Shown here: in pieces, positions 52,300 through 64,000 of the stretch | Numbering within the stretch: the first letter of the stretch is position 1 | Layout: each line of letters begins with the position of its first letter | Assembly (NCBI RefSeq): GCF_039654945.1 | Contig: NW_027361728.1 | Coordinates: 64,294,001 to 64,358,000 of the forward strand | Length of the DNA stretch: 64,000 nt | DNA from: Dendrobates tinctorius | Lineage: Eukaryota | Direction of reading: 5' to 3' | The notes under the pieces: model-generated | Told to the model about the DNA's origin: nothing | The model's input: only the letters and a program-made list of their open reading frames with translations | Databases searched by the model: none | Position numbers and translations under genes: made by a program

Positions 52300-53591
52300 T
52301 GTGGCGCCCCTGAGGCTTCAGTCGCCACAGAGGTACTGCACCTTCTCCTAAGGTGTAGTGCCCCACCATCCAGGTAAGGTGGGAACTCCTGACCACGCTC
52401 CACACCTGCATTCCGCACACAGGCTAGTTCAGTGGGGCCACCTAACAGCTTCATGCTGGGGGTTAGCAGAGCGCCCCTCGTGGAACCCTGCTTCGTAACA
52501 CGAGATGTGCTGGGAGGCGGGTGGAGTGAGATGATATAAAAGAGTGGGAAGAGTGAGAGTTAGAGAGAGAGGGGTTGGTTAGTTGGAGAGAGAAGAGAGA
52601 AGATGGGTGTCTGAAGGACGTGCTGCAGCAGGTCCCAGTGATCCGGGCTGCTGGCACGAGAAAGACCAGAGAAAGAGTCTGATAAGATTGATAACCTAAC
52701 CTTCCATAAGAGACATAGAACAGATCGGAACGAAGGAGAATAGAAGGATGGTGGGAAGCTGGTTGATGAAAGATAGAGAACCCTTCCAGTCCAGAGAGCG
52801 CAAAGGCCGGGGCCCGGTCCCCGAGGTTGATTGGATCTTTATGTCCGGCAACAGACACCGGAGGAGTATTGAGCCGCTAACGCCTTGCTCCCATCATAGA
52901 CTTGGGGCACAACAGCAACTGAATAGAGAGCCGGGACGCAGTGAGGAGTCCCCAAAGCAGGCTACAGCTGTCTGTCATACAAGTAAAGAATAGGAACACC
53001 TGGAGAGAGGCATTCCAGGGTAACTAAGTACTGGAGTGCTTCGCACCTAAAGGCGCATTGGAGGAGTCGTTCAGTAAGGTACATGTTGGCGGAGTGTGGA
53101 AGGGAGAATCCTATCCTGCCTGGAGGTTGGCTGGAGCCCTGACCTGGAGAACATGGTACGGAGGCAGGCAATTGAGTAAACTGCAAACAGTGTGTAAAGC
53201 TTTGGAACCACATACTCGGGTGTACTCCAGTTATTCCCACACCACTACACCTGGGTACCAGCCTCCATACCATTCTGCGCCTCTCCTCATCCATTGCACC
53301 TACACTGCCCTGGGACTACAGCTCCACCTGTGGGGAGCTACACCATCTTTGCTGCACCACACCATCAGTCCCAGCGGATCTGCATGCAGCGTTGGCTCAA
53401 CATCTTACTTGCCAAACACCACGGGTGGCATCACGAACTATTCTAATAAACTTTAACACCATTAACATCACCGACATTGATATCGGGCGCCCAGGGCCAC
53501 GGACCGGGTCATCGCTGCTGTGACACATTCCCACCTTGACACCGGCCCGGTACCGAGTACCCCGCTGCCCTGGGTGTGCGAGGGCGACCCA
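52300..53591 (+). mobile_element. Solo LTR
   Basis: TGTGGCGCCC...GGGCGACCCA; TSD ATAT; TATAAAA at ~52535; AATAAA at ~53445. Confidence 0.9.
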
Positions 53592-55101
53592 ATATGATAT
53601 GCATTTTTACCTCTTATACTTATCTATCCCTTTTTAATTAAAACTTTTATTATAAATGTACTTCCTTTTTACTCAAATCACCTGTCGATCGCATCTTTGC
53701 TATTAGTGCAAATTTCCAAATTTTGTTGTAGTACAGTAAAGGGTGTTTTACTGGATGGGAGATACATTTCTCCCAGCAGATTAATGTTTGGCCTGGTTTT
53801 TCCCTAAAGACAGGACCTGCGATGATGTCATGGTCACATGATCAGCCCATGTGATGTCTACCTCCCTGTGGGAGGGACTAGGGGCTATGTAATGGAGGTT
53901 GGTGTTTGACACATGGTGAGTGTGTGTCTGGAAGTTACAGGAACTTGGCTGGACTTAGCCTGAACTTGTATACAGGATCCCCGTGCTGCAGGACTATAGC
54001 AGCAAGACTCTCAACAACCCTGGGAATGGCACCTGGTGGATGCCGCAGGCAGGGGTGAACCTAGCCTCTCTGCTGCCTGAGGCGAACAGCAAAATGACGC
54101 CCCCCCCCCCCCACACAAAGTAAATTTTCATATCTATCCTGTAAAACTGAGTTCAATAGTGGACATTTTGATTTAGATAAATAGAAAAAAAAGGTGTCCA
54201 AACACAAGGATGTCAGCGCCATCACACGCACATACAAGAACAACACAGAAGTATCCAGAACAAGGGCCATTAATGGCAATGGTAGGCCTGCCACAGGGCC
54301 GGACTGGGACAAAAATGCAGCCCTGCCACACAAATCCCACCAGCCCACAAACTATAGCACTCCTCACCCCGATCAGTGAATTTTTGCTATACTTTGTCGT
54401 CCCCTCATCACTCTCTTTAAGGAGTTATTTGAAGAGCCACATGTGAATGGCACCACAGTGCGTATGATTGACCACAGCTCCATTTACATGGTGCTCTTCA
54501 AAGCTATGTTTCCTAGGATCATGGGTGTCCCAGCGGTCAGATCCACAACAAACAGAAAGTCATCCCTTATCCTCACATAATGCTCCATACAGTATTATGG
54601 GCCCCATATATTACTGCATACAGTATAATGGGCACCATATACTACTTCATACAGCATAATGGGCACAATATATTACTTCATACAGTGTAATAGGCCCCAT
54701 ATAATGCTCCAGACAGTATAATGGGCCCCATATAATTCTTCTATTCTTCTCCCCAAGCCCCGCTGCTCTGGTCTCCTCAGTGTATTCTGATCCTCCGCAC
54801 TGCTTGGCACAGGGACATCATTACCTTTACGTATATAATTGTCCACTTGGACTGATAGTAATAGTGATTTGTTTGTACCCTGTTGTCTGGTGCTGGCCCT
54901 CTTTAAGGGGTGCTCAGGGCATATGATTATACAGCAATAAAAAGTATGAGAGGCTCAAAGTGACCAGTGCCACCTAGTTTCCTACCCCCCTGTTCTACTG
55001 GTACTGTGGGCATGCTGACTGGTACTGAGGAAAAGAAACAAAGAACAGAGATAAAAAAGAAAAGAGAGAGAGAAAGAAAGAAAGAACAGGGAGAGAGAGA
55101 A

Positions 55102-55237
55102 NNNNNNNNNNNNNNNNNNNNNNNNNNNNNNNNNNNNNNNNNNNNNNNNNNNNNNNNNNNNNNNNNNNNNNNNNNNNNNNNNNNNNNNNNNNNNNNNNNN
55201 NNNNNNNNNNNNNNNNNNNNNNNNNNNNNNNNNNNNN
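55102..55237. other. Assembly gap (N run)
   Basis: Run of n characters. Confidence 1.
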
Positions 55238-55609
55238 TATAGCAGCCCAGCTCCCACTGTAGTGCCCACCTGAGCCTTCCGATGCAGGACATATCATGAT
55301 GCGCTCACTTGGCCGGCATCCCCGAGTTCAAGGCGATCCTGCTATCCGCGCTGTTGGAGGAGGACACGGTGATGGATCTGAAGCATTCCCTGAAGTGCCT
55401 CCATGGTTCCGTCACAATCTCCTCCCAAAATTACCTCATTTCCGGTCAGCTTCTAGCACATCACTTCCGGTGGAACGTCACGTGCGAATTTTAAAGTGCT
55501 CCTCGGGGCTCCGCCGTGTACTCCTGTGTCCGCTGGAAAAGTAAGCTCCCAGCCGGGGCAGTATCTCTCTCAAAATCGGGACTGTCCCGTTGGGAGGTAT
55601 GAATGCTCC

Positions 55610-56480
55610 CCACCATACACCTTGTACACATATGGCTCCGTATACATCATACACACACGGTTCTGCTTTTTATGCCTCGTACACACGGCTCCATTCTGTA
55701 CACCTCGCACACACACGGCTCCACTCAGTACACACATGGCTCCACTCCGTAAACCTCGTACACATGCGACTCTACTCCGTACACCTTATAGGCACGTGGC
55801 CACGCTCTGTAAACCTTGTACACAAATGGCTCCACTCCGTAAACCTTGTACACATGCGGTTCCGCTCCATGCACCTCACACATACGCGGCGCCGCTCCAT
55901 ACACACACGTGCGACTCTGCTCCGTACACCTCGTACACGTGCGGCTCCGCTCCGTACAACTCACACACTCGCGGCTCTGCTCCGTACACCTCGTACACAC
56001 ACACGGCTCTGCTCCGTACACCTCGCACACACGGCTCTGCTACATCCACACTGTAAACCCTCCCTGACCCCACACATAAACTTCACCTCATCTAGGACGA
56101 TGAGAACCAGCACAGACAGCAGAGTCCTGCATAAACCAAGGGCTGATACTGGGTACTGGGGGAACATTATACTGTGTATGGGGGGATGGCGGTACTGGGG
56201 GAACATTATACTGTGTGGGGGGGTGACGGTAGTGGGGAACATTATACTGCGTGTGGGGGATGGCGGTACTGGGGGAACATTATACTGTATGTGGGGGGAT
56301 GGCGGTGCTGGGGGAACATTATACTGTGTGGGGGATGGCAGTACTGTGGGAATATTATACTGTGTGGGGGGGTGACAGCAGTGGGGAACATTATACTGCG
56401 TGTGGGGGACGGCGGTACTGGGGGAACATTATACTGTATGTGTGGGGATGGTGATACTGTGGGAACATTATACTGTGTGT
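55610..56480. repeat. Two minisatellites (ctccgtacacctcgtacac, ~30 bp; ggggaacattatactgtgtg, ~32 bp)
   Basis: Direct inspection; the first occurs inverted at 41220-41380. Confidence 0.8.
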
Positions 56481-56664
56481 GGGGACAGGAAAGGGACATT
56501 GTAATATGTGTTTCGTTACTTCCTGTTTTCCATACTTGGGTCATATGCATCTATCAGAGGAAAAGGAACAAAATGCTATGATTCTTAGAAAGTGACAACA
56601 AAAAAGCACCAAGATAGTCTCAGCTCTGAAAAGGTTACTGCCCCCTGTGCCCAGTAGTGGGGAA

Positions 56665-59600
56665 TCTCCAGCACCTACCTCCACCCGCAGAGCCACACTC
56701 CACATGGAGGCCCCATTATTCTCTATGTGGATTGTGGCTCTGCGGGTGGAGGTCAGTGCTGGAGGCTCCATTATCCTCTATGTGGAGTGCGGCTCTGCGG
56801 GTGGAGGTAGGTGCTGGAGGCCCCATTATTCTCTAGCACCGACCTCCACCCGCAGAGCCGCACTCCACATAGAGAATAATGGAGCCTCCAGCACCGACCT
56901 CCACCCGCAGAGCCGCACTCCACATAGAGAATAATGGAGCCTCCGGCACCGAATTCCACCTGCAGAGCCACACTCCACATAGAGAATAATGGAGCCTCCA
57001 GCATCGACCTCCACCCGCAGAGCCGCACTCCACATAGAGAATAATGGAGCCTCCGGCACCAACCTCCACCCGCAGAGCCGCACTCCACATAGAGAATAAT
57101 GGAGCCTCCAGCACCGACCTCCACCCGCAGAGTCGCACTAGACAGAGAATAATGGAGCCTCCGGCACCGACCTCCACCTACAGAGCCGCACTCCACATAG
57201 AGAATAATGGAGTCTCCAGCACCAACCTCCACCCGCAGAGCCACACTCCACATAAAGAATAATGGGGCCTCCGGCACCAACCTCCACCCGCAGAGCCACA
57301 CTCCACATAGAGAATAATGGGGCCTACAGCACCGACTTCCACCCTCAGAGCCACACTCCACATAGAGAATAATGGAGCCTCCGGCACCTACCTCCACCCG
57401 CAGAGCCGCACTCCACATAGAGAATAATGGGGCCTCCAGCACCGACCTCCACCCGCAGAGCCGCACTCCACATAGAGAATAATGGGGCCTCCAGCACCGA
57501 CCTCCACCTGCAGAGCCGCACTCCACAGAGAATAATGGAGCCTCTGGCACCAACCTCCACCCGCAGAGCCACACTCCACATAGAGAATAATGGAGCCTCC
57601 AGCACCGACCTCCACCCGCAGAGCCGCACTCCACAGAGAATAATGGAGCCTCCGGCACTGATCTCCACCTGCAGAGCCGCACTACACATAGAGAATAATG
57701 GAGTCTCCAGCACCGACCTCCACCCGCAGAGCCACACTCCACATAGAGAATAATGGAGCCTCTGGCACCAACCTCCACCCGCAGAGCCGCACTCCACATA
57801 GAGAATAATGGGGCCTCCAGCACCGACCTCCACCCACAGAGCCACACTCCACAGAGAATAATGGGGCCTCCAGCACCAACCTCCACCCGCAGAGCCACAC
57901 TCCACATAGAGAATAATGGGGCCTCCGGCACCAACCTCCACCCGCAGAGCCGCACTCCACATAGACAATAATGGGGCCTACAGCACCGACTTCCACCCTC
58001 AGAGCCACACTCCACAGAGAATAATGGAGCCTCCGGCACCGACCTCCACCTGCAGAGCCGCACTCCACATAGAGAATAATGGAGCCTCCGGCACCAACCT
58101 CCACCCACAGAGCCACACTCCACATAGAGAATAATGGAGCCTCCGGCACCTACCTCCACCCGCAGAGCCGCACTCCACATAGAGAATAATGGGGCCTCCA
58201 GCACCGACCTCCACCTGCAGAGCCGCACTCCACAGAGAATAATGGAGCCTCTGGCACCAACCTCCACCCGCAGAGCCACACTCCACATAGAGAATAATGG
58301 AGCCTCCAGCACCGACCTCCACCCGCAGAGCCGCACTCCACAGAGAATAATGGAGCCTCCGGCACCGATCTCCACCTGCAGAGCCGCACTACACATAGAG
58401 AATAATGGAGTCTCCAGCACCGACCTCCACCCGCAGAGCCACACTCCACATAGAGAATAATGGAGCCTCTGGCACCAACCTCCACCCGCAGAGCCGCACT
58501 CCACATAGAGAATAATGGGGCCTCCAGCACCGACCTCCACCCACAGAGCCACACTCCACAGAGAATAATGGGGCCTCCAGCACCAACCTCCACCCGCAGA
58601 GCCACACTCCACATAGAGAATAATGGGGCCTCCGGCACCAACCTCCACCCGCAGAGCCGCACTCCACATAGACAATAATGGGGCCTACAGCACCGACTTC
58701 CACCCTCAGAGCCACACTCCACAGAGAATAATGGAGCCTCCGGCACCGACCTCCACCTGCAGAGCCGCACTCCACATAGAGAATAATGGAGCCTCCGGCA
58801 CCAACCTCCACCCACAGAGCCACACTCCACATAGAGAATAATGGAGCCTCCGGCACCTACCTCCACCCGCAGAGCCGCACTCCACATAGAGAATAATGGG
58901 GCCTCCAGCACCGACCTCCACCTGCAGAGCCGCACTCCACAGAGAATAATGGAGCCTCTGGCACCAACCTCCACCCGCAGAGCCACACTCCACATAGAGA
59001 ATAATGGAGCCTCCAGCACCGACCTCCACCCGCAGAGCCGCACTCCACAGAGAATAATGGAGCCTCCGGCACCGATCTCCACCTGCAGAGCCGCACTACA
59101 CATAGAGAATAATGGAGTCTCCAGCACCGACCTCCACCCGCAGAGCCACACTCCACATAGAGAATAATGGAGCCTCTGGCACCAACCTCCACCTGCAGAG
59201 CCGCACTCCACATAGAGAATAATGGGGCCTCCAGCACTGACCTCCACCCGCACTCCACATAGAGAATAATGGGGCCTCTGGCACCAACCTCCACCCGCAG
59301 AGCCGCACTCCACATAGAGAATAATGGGGCCTCCAGCACCGACCTCCACCCGCAGAGCCGCACTCCACATAGAGAATAATGGGGCCTCCAGCACCGACCT
59401 CCACCTGCAGAGCCGCACTCCACAGAGAATAATGGAGCCTCTGGCACCAACCTCCACCCACAGAGCCACACTCCACATAGAGAATAATGGGGCCTCCAGC
59501 ACCGACCTCCACCCACAGAACCACACTCCACATAGAGAATAATGGAGCCTCCAGCACCGACCTCCACCCGCAGAGCCACACTCCACATAGAGAATAATGG

Positions 59601-59820
59601 AGCCTCCAGCACCGACCTCCACCCACAGAACCACACTCCACATAGAGAATAATGGAGCCTCCAGCACCGACCTCCACCCACAGAGCTGCACTCCACATAG
59701 AGAATAATGGAGCCTCCGGCACCGACCTCCACCCGCAGAGCCGCACTCCACATAGAGAATAATGGGGTCTCCAGCACCAACCTCCACCTACACTCCACAT
59801 AGAGAATAATGGAGCCTCCA
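56665..59820. repeat. 55-bp satellite with a 707-bp higher-order repeat and an inverted block at its left edge
   Basis: Unit ccacatagagaataatggagcctccagcaccgacctccacccgcagagccgcact; near-identical ORF translations recur at 57427/58134/58841 and 57753/58460. Confidence 0.95.
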
Positions 59821-59939
59821 CTCAGTCCTGCAGCTTACAATCGCTGATGTATGTGGGTATTATGTCTCGATCTCCATTCTCCAAGTTCTTCTCCAGTAAT
59901 CTGCAGTCTGCACTGGGAGTTTGGGACAGGACATGGGAT

Positions 59940-61000
59940 GTGTCCCGCTCGCGCCTTGGCTGAATGGCGTGAGCCGGGGGTTTGTGGCTCCACTGTGCCA
60001 CAAACTAGACTACCCTGGAAGGGGCGTAACTACAACAGCTACCTCGGTCTTCACTGGAGCCTCTGATGGTGAGGTCAGGCTTGTGCGGCAGATAGCTGTC
60101 GGGTGCCACTCCAGAGTGGTATCTGGCTGTGGCTGCTGGTCCCACTCGGGGACAAGTCACTTTGACAGAAGCTATAGACAGGCAGGCAGGTAGACACGAC
60201 AGGCACGGCTGAGACACTGGGCAAGCAGGCGTGGCTAGGAGACACAGGGCAGGCGGGCACGGCTTGGAGACACAGGGCAGGCGGGCACGGCTTGGAGACA
60301 CAGGGCAGGCGGGCACGGCTTGAGACACAGGATAGGCGTGCACGGCTTGAGACACAGGACAGGCGGGCACGGCTTGAGACACAGGACAGACTGGCGTGGT
60401 ATGAGAAGGGGCAGGTAGGGACCTGTTCACACAGCAGGTGTAGGCAGGAGGGAGTGGTGTATGTTGGAACAGGATTTGGACCTGTTCACACAGGAGGTGC
60501 AGGTATGGATATAGGCAGGAGTGTGGAGTAGGCGGAGCCGCAGGAGTGCGGAGTAGGCTGGGCGGCAAGAGAGCCGGGCAGGGAGAGCGGCAAGGGAGCC
60601 AGGCAGGCAGAGCGGCTAGGGAGCCAGGCAGGCAGAGCGGCTAGGGAGCCGAGCAGGCAGAGCGGCTAGGGAGCCGAGCAGGCAGAGCGGCTAGGGAGCC
60701 GAGCAGGCAGAGCGGCAAGGGAGCTCAGCAGGCAGAACTGCAAGGGTGCAGATGCACAGACAGAGCTGCAAGGGTGCAGATGCACAGATAGAGCTGCAAG
60801 GGTGCAGATGCACAGATAGAGCTGCAAGGGTGCAGATGCACAGACAGAGCTGTAAGGGTGCAGATGCACAGACAGAGCTGCAAGGGTGCAGATGCACAGA
60901 CAGAGCTGCAAGGGTGCAGGTGCACAGACAGGGCTGCAAGGGTGCAGATGCACAGACAGAGCTGCAAGGGTGCAGATGCACAGACAGAGCTGCAAGGGTG
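59940..61000. repeat. Probable LTR fragment followed by 24-bp and 29-bp tandem repeats
   Basis: LTR-like start; (gcaggcagagcggctagggagccg)n; (gagctgcaagggtgcagatgcacagaca)n. Confidence 0.6.
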
Positions 61001-61288
61001 AAAACAAGCCACTATGTATGGACAATCCAATTATGTAAAAACAATAGGACTAAAATTGTATATAAAAAATATATATAATCTTTAATAAATCATATGTGAC
61101 ATATAAGGAGGATTGGTTGGTTTCAAGAATTTGAATATATGCACTATTTGATTTAATTTAATTGATTCATTACATGAAGATTGGTGCAATTTTTTATTTT
61201 GTTATCATTTTCCTTCTGTTGTGTCTATTTTGTTACTAATTTCAACGTTACTGTGTTTTGCACAGGTCTTTTTCTTGCCACTGTGAAT

Positions 61289-64000
61289 ATGGACTTCAAA
61301 TCCAGGGAATTGTCCTGGCAGGGACAGATTAATGAGGTTTTTGGCAATTTAGATACGATAACACCAGTTGCGGGTAGCTCTAATATAGAGAGTTATTCTA
61401 AGATTATTAAAACACATATAACTAAAAGAACCAGACTTTGGTGGACGAAAGCATTTCTGGAGAATTATGTCCAGAAACAATTAATACCAAGAGGATTGAG
61501 AGTACGAGTTACACCTACGTTTGTGATTGAAGATGAGGATTTCATTAGTGAATGGGAAAAGATATGTAATGAGACATCCAATAAATTAATGACCCTGCTG
61601 ATTGGTTTCAATATAAAATCCATAGCATCCATTGACAAAGACTTAGAGGATATATATGCCAAAGCTAAAACTGATCTATCTATTGAACAAGTCAATCTCA
61701 TAAATATAAACTTGGATAAAGAGGTTGAAACACTGGTGAAGGTTATTCAACAGAAAGAGTCCAATAAATTGAAGCGTGATCAGAATGACTTTGCTTTGGG
61801 TAGGATTTACAACTGGAGAAGGCATCATATTAGAGTATCGGGGAGGGACCGTTATTCATCACATACCTCCGAGGGATTAGCCAGCGATATTTCTGTGGCC
61901 TACTCTTCCGTTTCTGCTATTTCAACGACTACACCTAAACGTAAAAGAGATCTTCGTTTTGTACCGAATAAACGGAATTTCAGAGATTCACCGGAGTCAA
62001 CTAAAAACCAATTGAAGGTAATTAATTTAAGTAATCATACTTTTTCAGCAGATGAAATTAATGTGTTAAATAGAGGACTTATGTTTTGTCCTACTTCAAA
62101 CTTTGATAGATTCATCGCAACAAAGGATTTACACTTGTTTGCGAGGAAACTATTATTTAAAAAATTTTTTCATGACGGAGATCTCTTGAAATATTTTCCA
62201 ACAGAAACGGAACAGGAGGCGTTAGCGGATTTAGAACAGCTGGCAATTGAACATAATACACCAATTGGAGGTAGGATTCCACCGAATATTAAAAAGCGAT
62301 CTAACAAATTTCCTCCATTATCCACGTGTCCCATAATTGATACTTTTGTGAAAATTGTCAGTGAAGAAATCGGTAAAATTCCTCGATTTCCTAGTGAGTA
62401 TAATTTGAATAAGAAGGAAAAAGAGGGTTTGAAAAGGATTCAGGGGCTGGAGGATGTGATCTTTAAGCCTGCTGATAAGGGTGGGAATCTAGTAGTGTGG
62501 CCAAAGACAATGTATGAAATGGAAGCATTCCGTCAATTGGATGATTCTAGGTGTTATAAAAAATTAACATTTAATCCTCTGGTGAAATATCAAACTGAAT
62601 TGAATGTAATCCTATTGAATGCGAGGGATAATGACATTATCTCAAATGAATTGTTTCTGGCATTACAAGTGAAAGAACCAACGATTCCCACCCTGTACTT
62701 ATTACCGAAAGTGCACAAGAATATGGCAGTTCCACCTGGAAGACCAATAATATCAGGTCGCAATAACTATTTAGAAAATATTAATAAATATGTGGATTCG
62801 ATCTTGCAACCTTTAGTTGTATCATTACCATCTTATACTAAGGACACGAATGATTTCTTGAGGAAAATAGATGGTATGTGTATTGATTCAAATTCGTTTC
62901 TTGTCACATGTGACATTGAATCATTATAAACTAGTATACGTCATGTAGATGGCATGTCAGCAGTGAAGTATTTCTTACGGCATTCTTCTCTAACACAAGA
63001 TTATATTAAATTTATTATTGATTTGTTGGATTTTACTTTGACTCACAATTTTTTTATTTTTAAGGGGTCCTTCTACCTACAGCTCCAGGGAACAGCCATG
63101 GGGGCCTCCTTTGCGCCCGCCTATGCCAACCTGTTCCTGGGGCTGTGGGAGAGGGACCTCTTCCTGTCAGACCAGCTGCCGTCAATGGAGCGCGTTCCTT
63201 TTTGGGCGCGCTACATTGACGATATCTTTTTTGTCTGGCAGGATAATTCTGGAGCACTGTATAAGTTTATTAATGAGTTAAATTTGAATATCAAGCTGAC
63301 ATTCCACCATAATCAGGATTCGGTGGAGTTCTTAGATGTCAAAGTAAAAAGAGACGAATATAATTGTCTCCAAACGGATCTATTTAGGAAATCCACAGCG
63401 GTTAATTCTTTACTGCAGGCTTCCTCATCACATCCACCAGCGTTGATTAATTCAATTCCAATAGGTCAGTTTCTACGCCTACGAAGGATATGTTCAGATG
63501 ACCAAGATTTTGAAAGGCAGTCGGATGAATTAAAAATTCAATTTGTAGAGAGAGGATACAGCAGACGCTTTATTAAAAGAGCGTATAATAGGGCAAAACA
63601 TACTACAAGACATAATGCCCTCTACAAAAATCAGAGTCCAAAATCAAATAAAACTGTCCATTTTATTACTCAGTATACTGGACAGGCAGATGCATTGCGA
63701 AACTGTCTTAAGAAATATTGGTCAATCTTACAAGCTGATCCTATTCTTTCTGAATATATTGGAACGACTCCAGGTATGACTTTTAGAAGGTCACAGAATC
63801 TAAGAGATGGTATTGTGAAGAGTCATTATGTTGGGGAGCAGAGTACAACATTTCTCTCTAGATTTAAATCTCCGTTGGGCTGTAGATCATGTGGACATTG
63901 CGTAGCATGTCCCAATATCATCAATACACAAAGCTTCAGTAATGCGAATGGATCTCAATGTTTTGAGATCAAACATTCTATTAATTGCTTGTCCAAAGCA
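61289..64000 (+). mobile_element. Neptune-type Penelope-like element ORF with one in-frame TAA at 62927-62929; GIY-YIG expected beyond the window
   Basis: VINLS, KPADKGG, LPKVHK, PGRPIIS, DIESL*TSI, GTAMG, RYIDD, CRSCGHCVAC. A splice acceptor ttttgcacag lies just upstream of the ATG. Confidence 0.93.

Noticed and set aside
56771-59821. Long ORFs of up to 634 aa
   Set aside because: These are translations of a stop-poor satellite.

Overview
This is a eukaryotic, transposon-saturated window with no recognisable intact host gene. The repeat repertoire resembles an anuran amphibian (inference). In order it holds: a young Ty3/Gypsy provirus (minus strand, tRNA-Ser PBS); an L2 LINE with a 2A-like leader, disrupted by a solo LTR, a Harbinger MITE and a V-SINE; a full-length L1 with a 15-bp TSD; a 497-bp foldback MITE; a decayed two-gene PIF/Harbinger transposon (MADF/BESS gene plus DDE transposase); a gag-protease-only LTR element with a Tf1/Sushi-type self-priming site; several solo LTRs; two full-length Tc1 elements; a Helitron end; Penelope-like elements with hammerhead ribozyme motifs; an N gap; a 55-bp satellite with a 707-bp higher-order repeat; and a nearly intact Neptune-type Penelope ORF running off the right end. 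The best leads are RNA-level devices: hammerheads (one with an atypical core inside a ~190-bp inverted-repeat cassette), the self-priming PEG10-like mini-element, the 2A-like peptide and a stem-loop array in the Gypsy LTR. Most are instances of known mechanisms. I cannot establish novelty without database searches.
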